Origin: Chloroflexota bacterium | GTDB lineage: Bacteria > Chloroflexota > UBA11872 > VXOZ01 | DNA length: 64,000 nt | Reading direction: 5' to 3' | NCBI GenBank assembly: GCA_964291655.2 | Contig: OZ219802.1 | Span: 736,001-800,000 of the forward strand | Shown here: positions 49,056-58,964 of the stretch, piece after piece | Layout of the letters: every line of letters begins with the position of its first letter | Numbering within the stretch: position 1 is the stretch's first letter | Notes under the pieces: model-generated | The model's database searches: none | What the model saw: only the letters and a program-made list of their open reading frames with translations | What the model was told of the DNA's origin: nothing | Made by a program: the position numbers and the translations under genes

Positions 49056-50324
49056 TTAGGGATATATCCCGCGGGATAGTGTAGCTTCCGCCACGCGGCT
49101 CACACCGACGGCGGACGCTCCCATGCGGAGATCAACGTCATACTTTTCCGCGGTCGCAATTGTCTCCTGTGTGGCGCGGCCCAGAATGCTCTTCAATCGC
49201 CTGCGAATCTGCTCGATTTCCCAGAAGAACGACTGCAGGCCTTGCACCCACTCGAAGTAGGAGACGGTGACGCCGCCCGCATTGCAGAGAACATCGGGGA
49301 TAACCACAATGCCCCGGTCGCGCAGAATTTCGTCTGCTTCCGGAGTCGTGGGACCGTTGGCGGCTTCGGCAATAAAGCGGGCGCGAATGTCATCCGCGTT
49401 TTCCGCCGTAATCTGGCCGTGGATGGCCGCCGGCACTAAGATATCCACGGGCAGTTCCAAGAGTTCATCGTTACTAATGCGTTCGCCGCCGGGCAGGTCG
49501 CTCACCAGCACGCCTTCGTTCTTGATCTGCAGCGCCGCGTTCACGTCAAGCCCACGGGCATTGTAAACGGCGCCGCTGACGTCCGAGACTGCCACCACCT
49601 TTGCCCCCTGTGCCGCCAAGAGTTCAGCGGCATGCGAACCCACGTTTCCGAAACCCTGAATAGCCACAGTCTTGTCTTCCAACCGCTCCTCTTGGTGGCC
49701 GAGCACCTCCTCGACCACATAGGTTACCCCGCGTCCGGTAGCTTCGGTCCTTCCCGCGGAGCCGCCAATCTCCAGTGGCTTGCCGGTCACGACTGCGGGC
49801 ACAGAGTACCCGCGCTGCATGCTGTAGGTATCCATAATCCACGCCATGATTTGCGAGTCAGTGTTCATATCAGGTGCGGGAATATCGGATTCCGGGCCGA
49901 TCAGCGTGTAGATCTCCGTCGTGAATCTGCGCGTCAGCCCCTCAAGCTCGGTGCGCGAGAGCTGCTTTGGATTGCACGCGACGCCGCCCTTCGCACCGCC
50001 GTAGGGAATGCCCACCAGGGCGCACTTCCACGTCATCCACATCGCCAACGCGCGCACTTCCTCGATGTCCACGTCGGGCGCAAAGCGAATACCGCCCTTT
50101 GCCGGGCCGCGATTCACGTTATGTTGGACACGGTAGCCGGAGAACATCTCCAGCCTGCCGTCGTCCATGCGCACGGGAAAATTGACCGTGAGTTCGCGCT
50201 TGGGGACGCGGAGCACCTTGCGCATATCGTCATCGAGGTGCAAGACTTCCGCCGTGCGGTCAAACTGATCGAGAGCGATCGAAAGCGGATTGACACGGGG
50301 TTGTTGATCAATAAGCTCGGACAT
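49056..50324 (-). CDS. gdhA: Glutamate dehydrogenase (Glu/Leu/Phe/Val family)
   Basis: GPAKGGIR, MTWK, GGAKGG, DIPAPD, GR.EATGRG, QGFGNVG, EAANGP, NAGGVTVSYFEW. Confidence 0.94.
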   Translation of the reverse strand: MSELIDQQPRVNPLSIALDQFDRTAEVLHLDDDMRKVLRVPKRELTVNFPVRMDDGRLEMFSGYRVQHNVNRGPAKGGIRFAPDVDIEEVRALAMWMTWKCALVGIPYGGAKGGVACNPKQLSRTELEGLTRRFTTEIYTLIGPESDIPAPDMNTDSQIMAWIMDTYSMQRGYSVPAVVTGKPLEIGGSAGRTEATGRGVTYVVEEVLGHQEERLEDKTVAIQGFGNVGSHAAELLAAQGAKVVAVSDVSGAVYNARGLDVNAALQIKNEGVLVSDLPGGERISNDELLELPVDILVPAAIHGQITAENADDIRARFIAEAANGPTTPEADEILRDRGIVVIPDVLCNAGGVTVSYFEWVQGLQSFFWEIEQIRRRLKSILGRATQETIATAEKYDVDLRMGASAVGVSRVAEATLSRGIYP

Positions 50325-50344
50325 GTACTATGCCTCCTTCTTTA

Positions 50345-50393
50345 CCGGCGTCCCTGCCGGGCAAAGCGCACAGCTTAGACTCTTCGTTGAGCC
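50345..50393 (-). promoter_or_regulatory. Candidate ANTAR-binding dual-hexaloop RNA motif in the gdhA leader
   Basis: mRNA GGCUC-AACGAA-GAGUC, 17-nt linker, CCGGC-AGGGAC-GCCGG, then UAAAGAAGGAGG RBS; both loops have A1 and G4. Confidence 0.55.
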
Positions 50394-50447
50394 AGACAGC
50401 CCATCGCTTTGGCGCTGAGTCTACAGCATGAGTAGAACACCACCCGT

Positions 50448-51914
50448 TCAGACCTGGCGCAACTCTTCTTGCAGCTTCTGATTTACGATGCCGGGGTTTG
50501 CTTTGCCGCGCGTGGCCTTCATCACTTGACCGACCAAGAAGCCGACGGCCCGTTTCTTCCCCTGTTTAAAGTCTTGCACAGCGTCGGGGTTTTCCGCAAT
50601 AACCTGGGCCACGATTTCCCCGAGTGCATCCTCGTCGCTGATCTGTGCCAGACCTTGTTCCTCCACAATAGCGCGCGCACTCTTGCCCGTGTCAAACATC
50701 TGGTCGAAGACTTCCTGCGCCATACGGTTGCTGATCTCGCCAGACTCAATCATCAGAATCATATCGGCAAGCGCATCGGGCGTTATCTTGCAGTCGTTGA
50801 TCTCGCTGCCAGACTCATTAAGGCGTTGCAGCAGGTTGCGAAGCATCCAATTTGCTACGGACTTCGCATTCTTGGCGCGCGCCGACGCCGTCTCGAAATA
50901 CCCTGCCAAGTCACGAGTCTGCGTGAGCAGGGCAGCGTCGTAGGCTGAAAGATCGTAGGCGGTCATGAAGCGTTGCTGCCTTGCTCCCGGCAACTCAGGG
51001 AGCTTCCCTCTGACTCCCTCCACCCATTCCCGTGACAGTTGCAAGGGCGGGAGGTCCGGTTCGGGAAAGTAGCGGTAGTCGTGGGCTTCTTCTTTGGAGC
51101 GCTGCGATACCGTCTCGCCTGTTGTCTCTACCCAGCCGCGAGTTTCGGTCACGCGCGTGTCGGTGCCGCTCTCCAAAATGCGGGTCTGCCGCTCTTGCTC
51201 AAAGAGCAAGGCCCGCTCTACAGCGCGGAACGAGTTCATGTTCTTGACTTCCACCTTGATGTCGCCAAGAGGCGCGTCCGCCGGCCACACCGAGATGTTG
51301 GCGTCGCAGCGCATGGCGCCGTCTTCCATGTTGCCGGTGGAAATGCCGAGGTAACGCACGATTTGGCGCAGTTTGCGTCCCAGCGCCGCCGCCTCCTGCG
51401 GCGTGGTAATGTCCGGTTCCGTCACTACTTCCATGAGCGGCACCCCGGAGCGGTTGAAGTCAACCAGTGAATACCTTTCGCCGCTTGGCGCCGTCACGTG
51501 GGTCGACTTCGCCGTGTCCTCCTCTTGGTGAACTCGCGTAATCCCAATGTTGCGTCCGCCGTCTTCCTCGTCCAGTGCAAGGTTTCCTACTATGCAAAAC
51601 GGCAAGTCGTATTGTGAGATCTGATAGCCCTTGGGCAAATCGGGGTACGGATAGTTCTTGCGGTCGAACTTGGCGAATTCAGGTATCCGGCAATTCAGGG
51701 CCATGCCCGTCATCACGATGCACTCGATGACCTTCTCGTTGATGACCGGCAGGGCACCGGGTAGGCCGAGACAGACCGGGCAGACGACGGTATTAGGCGG
51801 ATGGGCGGCGTACTGCGCGCTGCATGCGCAGAACATCTTGCTCTCCGTCAAGAGTTGCACGTGGAATTCCAGACCGATAACGGTGCGGTATTTTTCTGCT
51901 ACGGCAGTTGCCAT
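50448..51914 (-). CDS. gatB: Asp/Glu-tRNA amidotransferase subunit B
   Basis: IGLEFHVQL, FDRKNY.YPDLPKGYQISQ, EED, NR.GVPL.E, R.DAN, R.KE.A.DYRYFPEPD. Confidence 0.98.
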   Translation of the reverse strand: MATAVAEKYRTVIGLEFHVQLLTESKMFCACSAQYAAHPPNTVVCPVCLGLPGALPVINEKVIECIVMTGMALNCRIPEFAKFDRKNYPYPDLPKGYQISQYDLPFCIVGNLALDEEDGGRNIGITRVHQEEDTAKSTHVTAPSGERYSLVDFNRSGVPLMEVVTEPDITTPQEAAALGRKLRQIVRYLGISTGNMEDGAMRCDANISVWPADAPLGDIKVEVKNMNSFRAVERALLFEQERQTRILESGTDTRVTETRGWVETTGETVSQRSKEEAHDYRYFPEPDLPPLQLSREWVEGVRGKLPELPGARQQRFMTAYDLSAYDAALLTQTRDLAGYFETASARAKNAKSVANWMLRNLLQRLNESGSEINDCKITPDALADMILMIESGEISNRMAQEVFDQMFDTGKSARAIVEEQGLAQISDEDALGEIVAQVIAENPDAVQDFKQGKKRAVGFLVGQVMKATRGKANPGIVNQKLQEELRQV

Positions 51915-51930
51915 TAATTTGCTCCCACGC

Positions 51931-52030
51931 TGGCGCAGAGTCTGCCCCGTACTCGTTACGGGGTTACAAACCTACAGTGCCTGGCGTGCCTTTCTTTCTC
52001 TGTAGCACAGGATATAAACCTGCGCTACCG
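51931..52030. repeat. GTAG-type REP remnants, one interrupted by a 24-nt module
   Basis: tggcgcag[agtctgccccgtactcgttacggg]gttacaaacctac; gtagcacaggatataaacctgcgctac. Confidence 0.7.
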
Positions 52031-52107
52031 GACGGTCCATTCTCACTGAATTACAAAGATGTGTCACTCATTGCACATGGCCGTTAGCGATCACGCGAAT
52101 GGCTACT

Positions 52108-53319
52108 CTACACTCGCGCGCGCTTGACGAAATTCGCGATTCGTTCCAGCGCTACTTCAATGTCTGCGGTCGGCACGGCATAGCACATGCGCACGTGGCC
52201 GTCGCCGCACGGGCCGAAAGCATCTCCCGCCACACAGGCGACGTGCTCTTCCTGTAACAAGCGTTCCGCGAACTCCTGAGACGAGAGTCCGGTCGAACGT
52301 ATGCTGGGGAAGCAGTAAAACGCGCCGTCCGGCTCCACGCAGTCAAGCCCCATATCATTCAAACCGTCAACGATTAGCGTACGCCGCTTGGTGTACTCGC
52401 TGAGCATCTGCTCGATGTCGGCCTCGCCGTGCCGCACGGCTTGCAGGGCCGCGTACTGGCTCATGGTCGGCGCGCACATCAGCACGTACTGGTGCACCTT
52501 CATGATGTATTCCAACACCGCGCTCGGTGCGGCCACATAGCCGATGCGCCAGCCGGTCATGGCGTAGGACTTCGAAAAGCCGCCAAGCAGGATGGTGCGG
52601 TCCCAGGCCCCGGGGAGAGCGCTAACGCACGTGTGCTCCATCGTGTAGGCAAGCCGCCCGTAGATCTCGTCGGAGAGCATGATGAGATTGTGCTTGCGAG
52701 CCAGGTCGACAATCTGCTCCCACTCCGCGCGGGGCAACATGGCCCCGGTCGGATTTGCCGGAAAGCCCAGTAACAATGCCTTGGTCCGCGGCGTGATCGC
52801 CGCGCTGATTTGCTCTGCCGTGATGCGGAAGTTGGTTTCCGCCGAACTGTTTATGCCAACCGGCTCACCGCCGGCGAATGTTATGCACGGACGGTACGAG
52901 ACATACGCGGGCTCCGGCACGATTACCTCATCGCCGGGATCGATCACGGCGCGCAAGGCAACGTCAACGGCTTCACTCACGCCGGCGGTAATGAGAATCT
53001 CTGTCTTTGGATCGTAGTCCGCACCATAGTGTTTGCTGAGATATTCCGCCACTGCCTCTCGTAACTCGATGATTCCGTAATTGGACGTGTAGTGAGTCTC
53101 GCCCTGGCCGAGCGAGTCTACTCCGGCTTGCAAGATATGTGCAGGGGTGACAAAGTCGGGCTCTCCTACACCGAGCGAGATGACGTCGTCCATGCTCGCA
53201 AGTATGTCGAAGAACTTGCGAATGCCGGAGGCCGGCACCTGTCGGACCCGGGACGACATCCTTCCGGTAACGTCGGCCTCAGTGGCCGTGCCTGTGCCTG
53301 TGATAGAGGATGCGGTCAT
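52108..53319 (-). CDS. Class I/II PLP-dependent aminotransferase (aspartate aminotransferase-like)
   Basis: GEPDF, NPTG, SDEIY, GFSKSYAMTGWRIG, GAFY; ATG overlaps the gatA stop (TAATG). Confidence 0.95.
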   Translation of the reverse strand: MTASSITGTGTATEADVTGRMSSRVRQVPASGIRKFFDILASMDDVISLGVGEPDFVTPAHILQAGVDSLGQGETHYTSNYGIIELREAVAEYLSKHYGADYDPKTEILITAGVSEAVDVALRAVIDPGDEVIVPEPAYVSYRPCITFAGGEPVGINSSAETNFRITAEQISAAITPRTKALLLGFPANPTGAMLPRAEWEQIVDLARKHNLIMLSDEIYGRLAYTMEHTCVSALPGAWDRTILLGGFSKSYAMTGWRIGYVAAPSAVLEYIMKVHQYVLMCAPTMSQYAALQAVRHGEADIEQMLSEYTKRRTLIVDGLNDMGLDCVEPDGAFYCFPSIRSTGLSSQEFAERLLQEEHVACVAGDAFGPCGDGHVRMCYAVPTADIEVALERIANFVKRARV

Positions 53320-54794
53320 TATTGTGGTGCTCCTTGAGAGAGGGCAGGTTTGTAGCGGTTGCCGCTCGCTTGTTCGTAGGCGTACGCCAGTCGCAAGAGC
53401 GTAGCCTCGTCGAACGGCTTGCCAATGAATTGCAGCCCGACGGGTAGTCCCTGCACGAGTCCGCACGGCTGGGAAATGCCGGGCAGGCCCGCGACGTTGC
53501 AGGGCAAGGTGTACAGGTCAGACAAGTACATGCTAATTGGGTCGTCAATCCGTTCGCCAATCTTGAAGGCAACGGTTGCGGACGTGGGGCACACGATGGC
53601 GTTTACACGCTCAAACGCCTGCTGGAAGTCCGCCGCGATCAGTGTTCGCACCTTCTGCGCCTTCAAATAATAGGCGTCGTAATATCCGCTGGAGAGCGCG
53701 TGGGTGCCGACGAGAATGCGCCGCTTCACCTCGGAGCCAAAGCCCCGGCCCCGTGTGCGGCTGTACGCTTCCCACATCGTCTCTGCTTTCTGATCTGAGT
53801 ATCCATATTTGATGCCGTCGTAGCGCGCCAAATTCGCGCTGGCTTCCGCCGGGGCGATAATGTAATACGTGGCGAGCGCATGGTCGGTGTGGGGCAGAGA
53901 AACGTCCTCAACCGCAACACCTAAATCAACCAACTGATCAATTGCCTGGCGAACCGACTGTTCGACTGCCGGGTCGGTGCCTGCGCCAAAATACTCACGC
54001 GGTACCCCAATCCGCAGTCCGCCGACATCCTGCTTCATCTCTTCCCGCCAATTTGGCACAGCTTGAGGGGCTGACGTGGCGTCACGGGGATCATGGCCGC
54101 AGATCGCTTCCAGCACCATGGCGCAGTCGGTGACGTCCTTCGTAAACGGTCCGATCTGGTCGAGCGAGGAAGCAAAAGCCACGAGACCGTACCGTGAAAC
54201 ACGGCCATAGGTTGGCTTCATGCCGACAACGCCGCAGAGGGCGGCCGGTTGCCGGATCGAACCGCCGGTGTCGGAGCCCAACGAAAAGATTGCTTCGTCA
54301 GCAGCAACCGCCGCTGCCGAACCGCCGCTGGAACCGCCCGGTACCCGATCGGTGTCCCACGGGTTGCGCGTGGTGAAAAAAGCCGAATGCTCCGTGCTGG
54401 AACCCATGGCGAATTCATCCATGTTCGTCTTGCCCACTAGCACGATGCCCTGCGCATTCAGTTTCTTCATAACGGTGGCATCATACGGAGGAACATAGTC
54501 CTCCAACATACGCGATGAACAGGTGGTGCGCACACCCTTCGTGCTCATCACGTCTTTAATGGCGGTCGGAATACCCAACAGGGGCGGCGCGTCCGCACCG
54601 TCCTGCGCGCGGCGTTCATCAGCCGCCTTTGCCTGTGCGCGGGCCCGGTCCGCAGTCACGGTGACGAAGGCTTGTACCCGCTCGTCCACAGCCTCGATTT
54701 GTGATAAGACCGCCTCAGTGAGCTCTACAGACGTAGTCTCACCACGGTTAAGCAGGTCTTGGGCCTCATGGACGGTCAGAGCAGTGAGGTTCAC
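53319..54794 (-). CDS. gatA: Asp/Glu-tRNA amidotransferase subunit A
   Basis: [52 protein letters not shown]. Confidence 0.98.
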   Translation of the reverse strand: MNLTALTVHEAQDLLNRGETTSVELTEAVLSQIEAVDERVQAFVTVTADRARAQAKAADERRAQDGADAPPLLGIPTAIKDVMSTKGVRTTCSSRMLEDYVPPYDATVMKKLNAQGIVLVGKTNMDEFAMGSSTEHSAFFTTRNPWDTDRVPGGSSGGSAAAVAADEAIFSLGSDTGGSIRQPAALCGVVGMKPTYGRVSRYGLVAFASSLDQIGPFTKDVTDCAMVLEAICGHDPRDATSAPQAVPNWREEMKQDVGGLRIGVPREYFGAGTDPAVEQSVRQAIDQLVDLGVAVEDVSLPHTDHALATYYIIAPAEASANLARYDGIKYGYSDQKAETMWEAYSRTRGRGFGSEVKRRILVGTHALSSGYYDAYYLKAQKVRTLIAADFQQAFERVNAIVCPTSATVAFKIGERIDDPISMYLSDLYTLPCNVAGLPGISQPCGLVQGLPVGLQFIGKPFDEATLLRLAYAYEQASGNRYKPALSQGAPQ

Positions 54795-54797
54795 AGA

Positions 54798-55109
54798 CTA
54801 GAAATCCAGGATGGCACGCACGCGGAACTGATCACCCTCGCGGTCCGGCGCATTGGCCAGAACCTCTTGTTCCGTTAGCGATGGTTCGACCGCGTCCGGC
54901 CGCATGACGTTTGTAAGGGGGATCACTTGCGCAGTCGGGGGAATCTGCTCAGTGTCCAAGGCACTGAGCTTCTGAAAGTGTTCAAACACTGCGCTAAGCT
55001 GATGTTGGAAGCGCTCCTCCTCTTCAGGGGAGAGCGCCAGCCGAGCCAAGTCAGCCACGTGCTGAACATCGGCTCGCGTTATAGTATCTGCGTCTTCTGC
55101 TGCTTTCAC
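54798..55109 (-). CDS. gatC: Asp/Glu-tRNA amidotransferase subunit C
   Basis: V.HVA.LARL, NVMRPD, LANAP, F.V..I; first gene of the gat operon. Confidence 0.95.
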   Translation of the reverse strand: MKAAEDADTITRADVQHVADLARLALSPEEEERFQHQLSAVFEHFQKLSALDTEQIPPTAQVIPLTNVMRPDAVEPSLTEQEVLANAPDREGDQFRVRAILDF

Positions 55110-55139
55110 AACGGCTTTGCCTTTCGTAGGTTCACCTCG

Positions 55140-55169
55140 ATTATACCGATTTCATGGGCCTACCCACAA
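55140..55169 (-). promoter_or_regulatory. Candidate sigma70 promoter for gatC
   Basis: Minus strand TTGTGG-N18-TATAAT about 30 nt upstream of the gatC start. Confidence 0.4.
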
Positions 55170-55355
55170 GGAATGCCAGGCATGACCGCGACTGTGGGTT
55201 TCTCATCGCTTAGCTTCTTCCGAACCTCGGGAAGTATACGACCTCTCCAGAATTGCTGTCCGTCTAACGGTCTGGCATACTGCACGAATTGCTGAACGCA
55301 CTCTTTCAATGGCGAGCGGTTTTCTCGCCATTCCAAACGTCCGGAGAGGGCAAAC

Positions 55356-55820
55356 ATGGAAGCTCCGCAGAAAATAGAACCGCAGTCTCTTGCCGACTAT
55401 CTCGAAGTCATGTGCAAGGCAGTCTTCCACAGCGGCATGTCGTGGGCCGTGGTGGAAGCAAAGTGGACCGACATCAAAGCGGCTATGCGCGACTTCGATC
55501 CGGTTGCGATTGCCTTCCTGAGCGAGAAAGAACTGGATGATCTGGCGCAGGACAAACGCGTCATCCGCAACCGCCGCAAGCTGGCGGCCATCATAAAGAA
55601 TGCACAGACGATGCGTGACCTGGAAGAGGAACACGGGAGTTTTCAAAACTACCTGCGCTCGCATGGCGGTTTCGAGCCCACCGTCAAGGACTTGTGCAAG
55701 CGCTTCGGCTTCCTCGGCGAGACCGGCGCATACTACTTCCTCTGGGTCGTCAACGAGGATGTACCTTCATACGAAGAGTGGTGCGCCTCCCGCGGACGCC
55801 AACCGCATGCCACCGGCTAG
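55356..55820 (+). CDS. DNA-3-methyladenine glycosylase I-like protein
   Basis: VF.SGMSW.VV..KW, FDP, IRNRRKL.A.I.NA, F.FLG. Confidence 0.85.
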   Translation: MEAPQKIEPQSLADYLEVMCKAVFHSGMSWAVVEAKWTDIKAAMRDFDPVAIAFLSEKELDDLAQDKRVIRNRRKLAAIIKNAQTMRDLEEEHGSFQNYLRSHGGFEPTVKDLCKRFGFLGETGAYYFLWVVNEDVPSYEEWCASRGRQPHATG

Positions 55821-55839
55821 AACCCCGGCTCACATGCCT

Positions 55840-56153
55840 CCGGTAGCGCAGGTTTGCAGCCTGCGCCCATTTGCACGACACCTTGTGGCGGCTTGTACTC
55901 AACTGTGGCGGTCGCAGTGAAAACCATTGGTGTCAGTGCCTTGCTTCTTGGTCCACCGTAGCGCGGGGGCTTGTCCCCCGCCAGAGCAAAGGGAAACAGG
56001 CACGAAAAGGATTGACCTTACAGGAACGCAGGTTGCAAACCTGCGCTACCGGGGATATGAGGCGTGGTGCTCGGCGCCATTATGTTTAATGTGACAACAT
56101 TGGGGTTGTCCCCCGCCTCTTGCCCTACCGTAGCGCGGGGGCTTGTCCCCCGC
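55840..56153. repeat. Cluster of GTAG-type REPs (two subfamilies)
   Basis: gtagcgcaggtttgcagcctgcgc and inverted gcaggttgcaaacctgcgctac; gtagcgcgggggcttgtcccccgc at 55958 and 56130, also at 63872. Confidence 0.85.
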
Positions 56154-56437
56154 CTCTCAATCTACCTCTGCGCCGGGGCTGGTCCGTCGCCTCCTGACAC
56201 AATCTGCGAACACCTTCCGGGCTTCTGGTACGACTCCCCGTCGCCGCGTGCTGCAATTCGAGAGTGCCGGAACCAATCCTCGTCGATCACGGTCATAAGG
56301 CCCCCATCGGCGCCATCGTCCCGCCCCGTCTCTGATGCGAAACGGCTAGCCCCCCAGGCCCTTGACACTATACACTCGCTTGTTTATTGTTTATTCAGAT
56401 TCACACCCCCATAGTACCGATAGAGGAGAAAGTAGCT

Positions 56438-57844
56438 ATGGATACGGGCAAGACTACTCACGTGTTTTCGCGCCGGCGATTTCTCGCTGGAGGTGCGGCA
56501 ACAGGCGGATTCTTGCTGATGGCTGCGTGTGGTGGTGGAAGCACAGGCGAAGCCATGCCTAAGGAGGAGATGGCGGAAGGTGAGGCGCCCAAAGAGGAAG
56601 CCAAACAGCCTGAGATGGAAAAGGTCACCTTGGTCTTCCGCGACTGGCGCCAGCCAGGCCGCACGGCGACGACATGGGAAGTCTGGTTCACTTGGGCGGA
56701 TGAAACCTTCCGCGAAGCGAATCCGCAGGTAGAGGCGGTAGAGTATTCGCACGTACCCTTTGGCGCAGAATACATTCAAAAGCTTACGACGGAATCCGCT
56801 GCACGCGTTACCGCCGACGTGGTGCATAGCTCCATCATATGGGGACGTGACCTGTGGGATAACGATATCCTCATGGATCTCACCGCACACGCCGCCACGA
56901 CCCCGGACGTTGGGGCCGACCAGTTCATGCCCAGCGCCAATCCCTATCGCATTGCGGATGGCAAAGTCTTTGGCCTCTCTTTCTGGGGCCCGGACTCCTA
57001 CGTGATGGTGATTAATCAGGACCACTATATAGATGCGGGTCTTGATCCCAAGGGCGAGGACCAGTTGACCTGGGAAGGCTTGGCTGCAACCGTGGAGAGG
57101 CTCTCCCGCAAGGATTCCGGCGGCAATTACTCACGCATCGGCTTTACCTATCACATTCCCGGCATGCCCGAATTTGCCGCCTGGCTTTACGCCAACGGCG
57201 GCGAAATGCACAACGCCGAGCTCACTGAAGCCATCTTCGACACGGCCCAGGCTCTGGAAGTAGCGGAGCACCGTCAAATACAGCACGTGCGCTACAAGGA
57301 CAGGGTTGAAGGCTTCCCGGGCAGTAACCTAGACATTCTCAAGGGAGGCCAAGGGTCCGGCATCTCCTGGGGTACCTGGGCCGCCTACTATGTCCGTGAC
57401 GAATTCCCCGAAGACTTCAATTTCTGGATGGTGCCTATGCCGCAGGGGCCAAGCACCGATGGTACGACCAGTGGCGCGACCTGGATAAACATGATGGTTG
57501 TGCCTGACGGTACGTCAAATCCAGACTTGGCATTTGAATTCAGCCGCTTCACGTGCGGCCTGGAGGCACAGGTGCAGAAGCTGCTCCTCGTCAACCAGGT
57601 CTCGCCGCGATTGGACTTCTACAACACGCCGGAGTGGACGAAAGCGGTGGAGGACCTGCCACAGCTCGGCGTCGTGCCCGACGTCGGTGCGAGAGGCAGG
57701 GCCTATCCGTTCTTTAGGCGCTACACGTCAGCCAATGAGCAATGGCAGATCGTGCGCGATGCCATGAGCGGTGAGAGCGAACTCGACCTGCGCGGCGCTC
57801 TGGCCGAGACCGTCAAGCTCATCTCCCAGGAGCTTGAAAGTTAG
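56438..57844 (+). CDS. Extracellular solute-binding lipoprotein, Tat signal
   Basis: SRRRFL..MAAC, DGKVFGL, TWE, PMPQGP; GAGGAG RBS. Confidence 0.88.
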   Translation: MDTGKTTHVFSRRRFLAGGAATGGFLLMAACGGGSTGEAMPKEEMAEGEAPKEEAKQPEMEKVTLVFRDWRQPGRTATTWEVWFTWADETFREANPQVEAVEYSHVPFGAEYIQKLTTESAARVTADVVHSSIIWGRDLWDNDILMDLTAHAATTPDVGADQFMPSANPYRIADGKVFGLSFWGPDSYVMVINQDHYIDAGLDPKGEDQLTWEGLAATVERLSRKDSGGNYSRIGFTYHIPGMPEFAAWLYANGGEMHNAELTEAIFDTAQALEVAEHRQIQHVRYKDRVEGFPGSNLDILKGGQGSGISWGTWAAYYVRDEFPEDFNFWMVPMPQGPSTDGTTSGATWINMMVVPDGTSNPDLAFEFSRFTCGLEAQVQKLLLVNQVSPRLDFYNTPEWTKAVEDLPQLGVVPDVGARGRAYPFFRRYTSANEQWQIVRDAMSGESELDLRGALAETVKLISQELES

Positions 57845-57900
57845 GCAAGGATTAAGGTCTCTCGCTCCCGCGTCAGCGAGAGCACAAACCTAGCCAATTG

Positions 57901-57946
57901 CAAACGGAGAGGCGGCGAACTTGCCGCCTCTCCGTTTGGCTTTTTG
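57901..57946 (+). terminator. Intrinsic terminator
   Basis: caaacggagaggcggc-gaactt-gccgcctctccgtttg then gctttttg. Confidence 0.85.
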
Positions 57947-57956
57947 ATTGGCTAGT

Positions 57957-58076
57957 CTAGCCTGTCGCACAGCACCCTGCGACAGGCTCAGCAAGATCGG
58001 CGCGTCATCAATCCCATTTGGCTTGAGTATTTCGGAGAGTTCACACGCTTCCGTTCGCCCTGAGCTTGTCGAAGGG
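57957..58076. repeat. REP-like elements
   Basis: agcctgtcgca..tgcgacaggct hairpin; ccgttcgccctgagcttgtcgaaggg at 58051-58076. Confidence 0.75.
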
Positions 58077-58140
58077 TGTATCCTTGCTAACGGATGGGAT
58101 AGAGCAGGAGACTCTCAGGTCTAAGGCGGGAGGCGCGACC

Positions 58141-58962
58141 ATGTCCTTCAAACTTGCCGTTGTTCAGATGGATTGCGTGCTCGGCGACGTGGCCGCCAAC
58201 CTTGCGCGCGCCAACAGCCTCGTGGCAGCCGCCGCGGCACAAGGCGCATCGGTGGCGGTGCTGCCGGAACTCGCGACCACCGGGTACTTCGTCGGCGACC
58301 GCATCGGCGCACTGGCGGAGCCTATCCCCGGTCCGACCACCGACGCACTCGGCCGGATCGCGCAGCGCCACCGGTGCTACATCATGGCCGGCATGATCGA
58401 GCAAGGCCAGGACTGCTTCTACAATAGCGCCGCCCTGCTCGCCCCGGACGGCAGCCTGCACGGGGCCTACCGCAAGGTCCACCTCTTTTCGGCTGAACGA
58501 GAGGCCTTCACTCCCGGCACCGAGCCGGCCCTGTTCGACATTGGCGGTACCCGCGTGGCGCTGACGATATGCTACGACCTCATATTCCCTGAGTACATTC
58601 GCCGTCTGGTCCTGGAAGGCGCTCAGGTCATCCTGAACAGCACCGACTGGATCACCAACGACTGGCAGCGCGGCCTGGGCTGGAGCGGCACGGTGGTAAG
58701 CGGCCTTGTGGCCACGCGCGCCTTGGAGAACACCGTGCACGTGGCCATGGCGGACCGCGTCGGCGTGGAAGAAGGCTGGAAGAGCCTGGGACACTCCTGC
58801 ATCGCAGCCCCCTCCGGCGGGCTTCTCGCCAAAGTCGACGAGGGCGAAGGGGTAGCCGTGGCGTCGCTGGAGCTCGATCACCCCGACTGGCAACAGTGGC
58901 GCACCGTAGCCACCTATTTGGACGACCGTCAACCAGATCTCTACACACCGAAAGAGGCGTAG
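58141..58962 (+). CDS. Carbon-nitrogen hydrolase (nitrilase superfamily)
   Basis: E-K-C triad: LPELA, YRKVHL, ICYDL.FPE; RALEN; GGAGG RBS. Confidence 0.93.
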   Translation: MSFKLAVVQMDCVLGDVAANLARANSLVAAAAAQGASVAVLPELATTGYFVGDRIGALAEPIPGPTTDALGRIAQRHRCYIMAGMIEQGQDCFYNSAALLAPDGSLHGAYRKVHLFSAEREAFTPGTEPALFDIGGTRVALTICYDLIFPEYIRRLVLEGAQVILNSTDWITNDWQRGLGWSGTVVSGLVATRALENTVHVAMADRVGVEEGWKSLGHSCIAAPSGGLLAKVDEGEGVAVASLELDHPDWQQWRTVATYLDDRQPDLYTPKEA

Positions 58963-58964
58963 CC

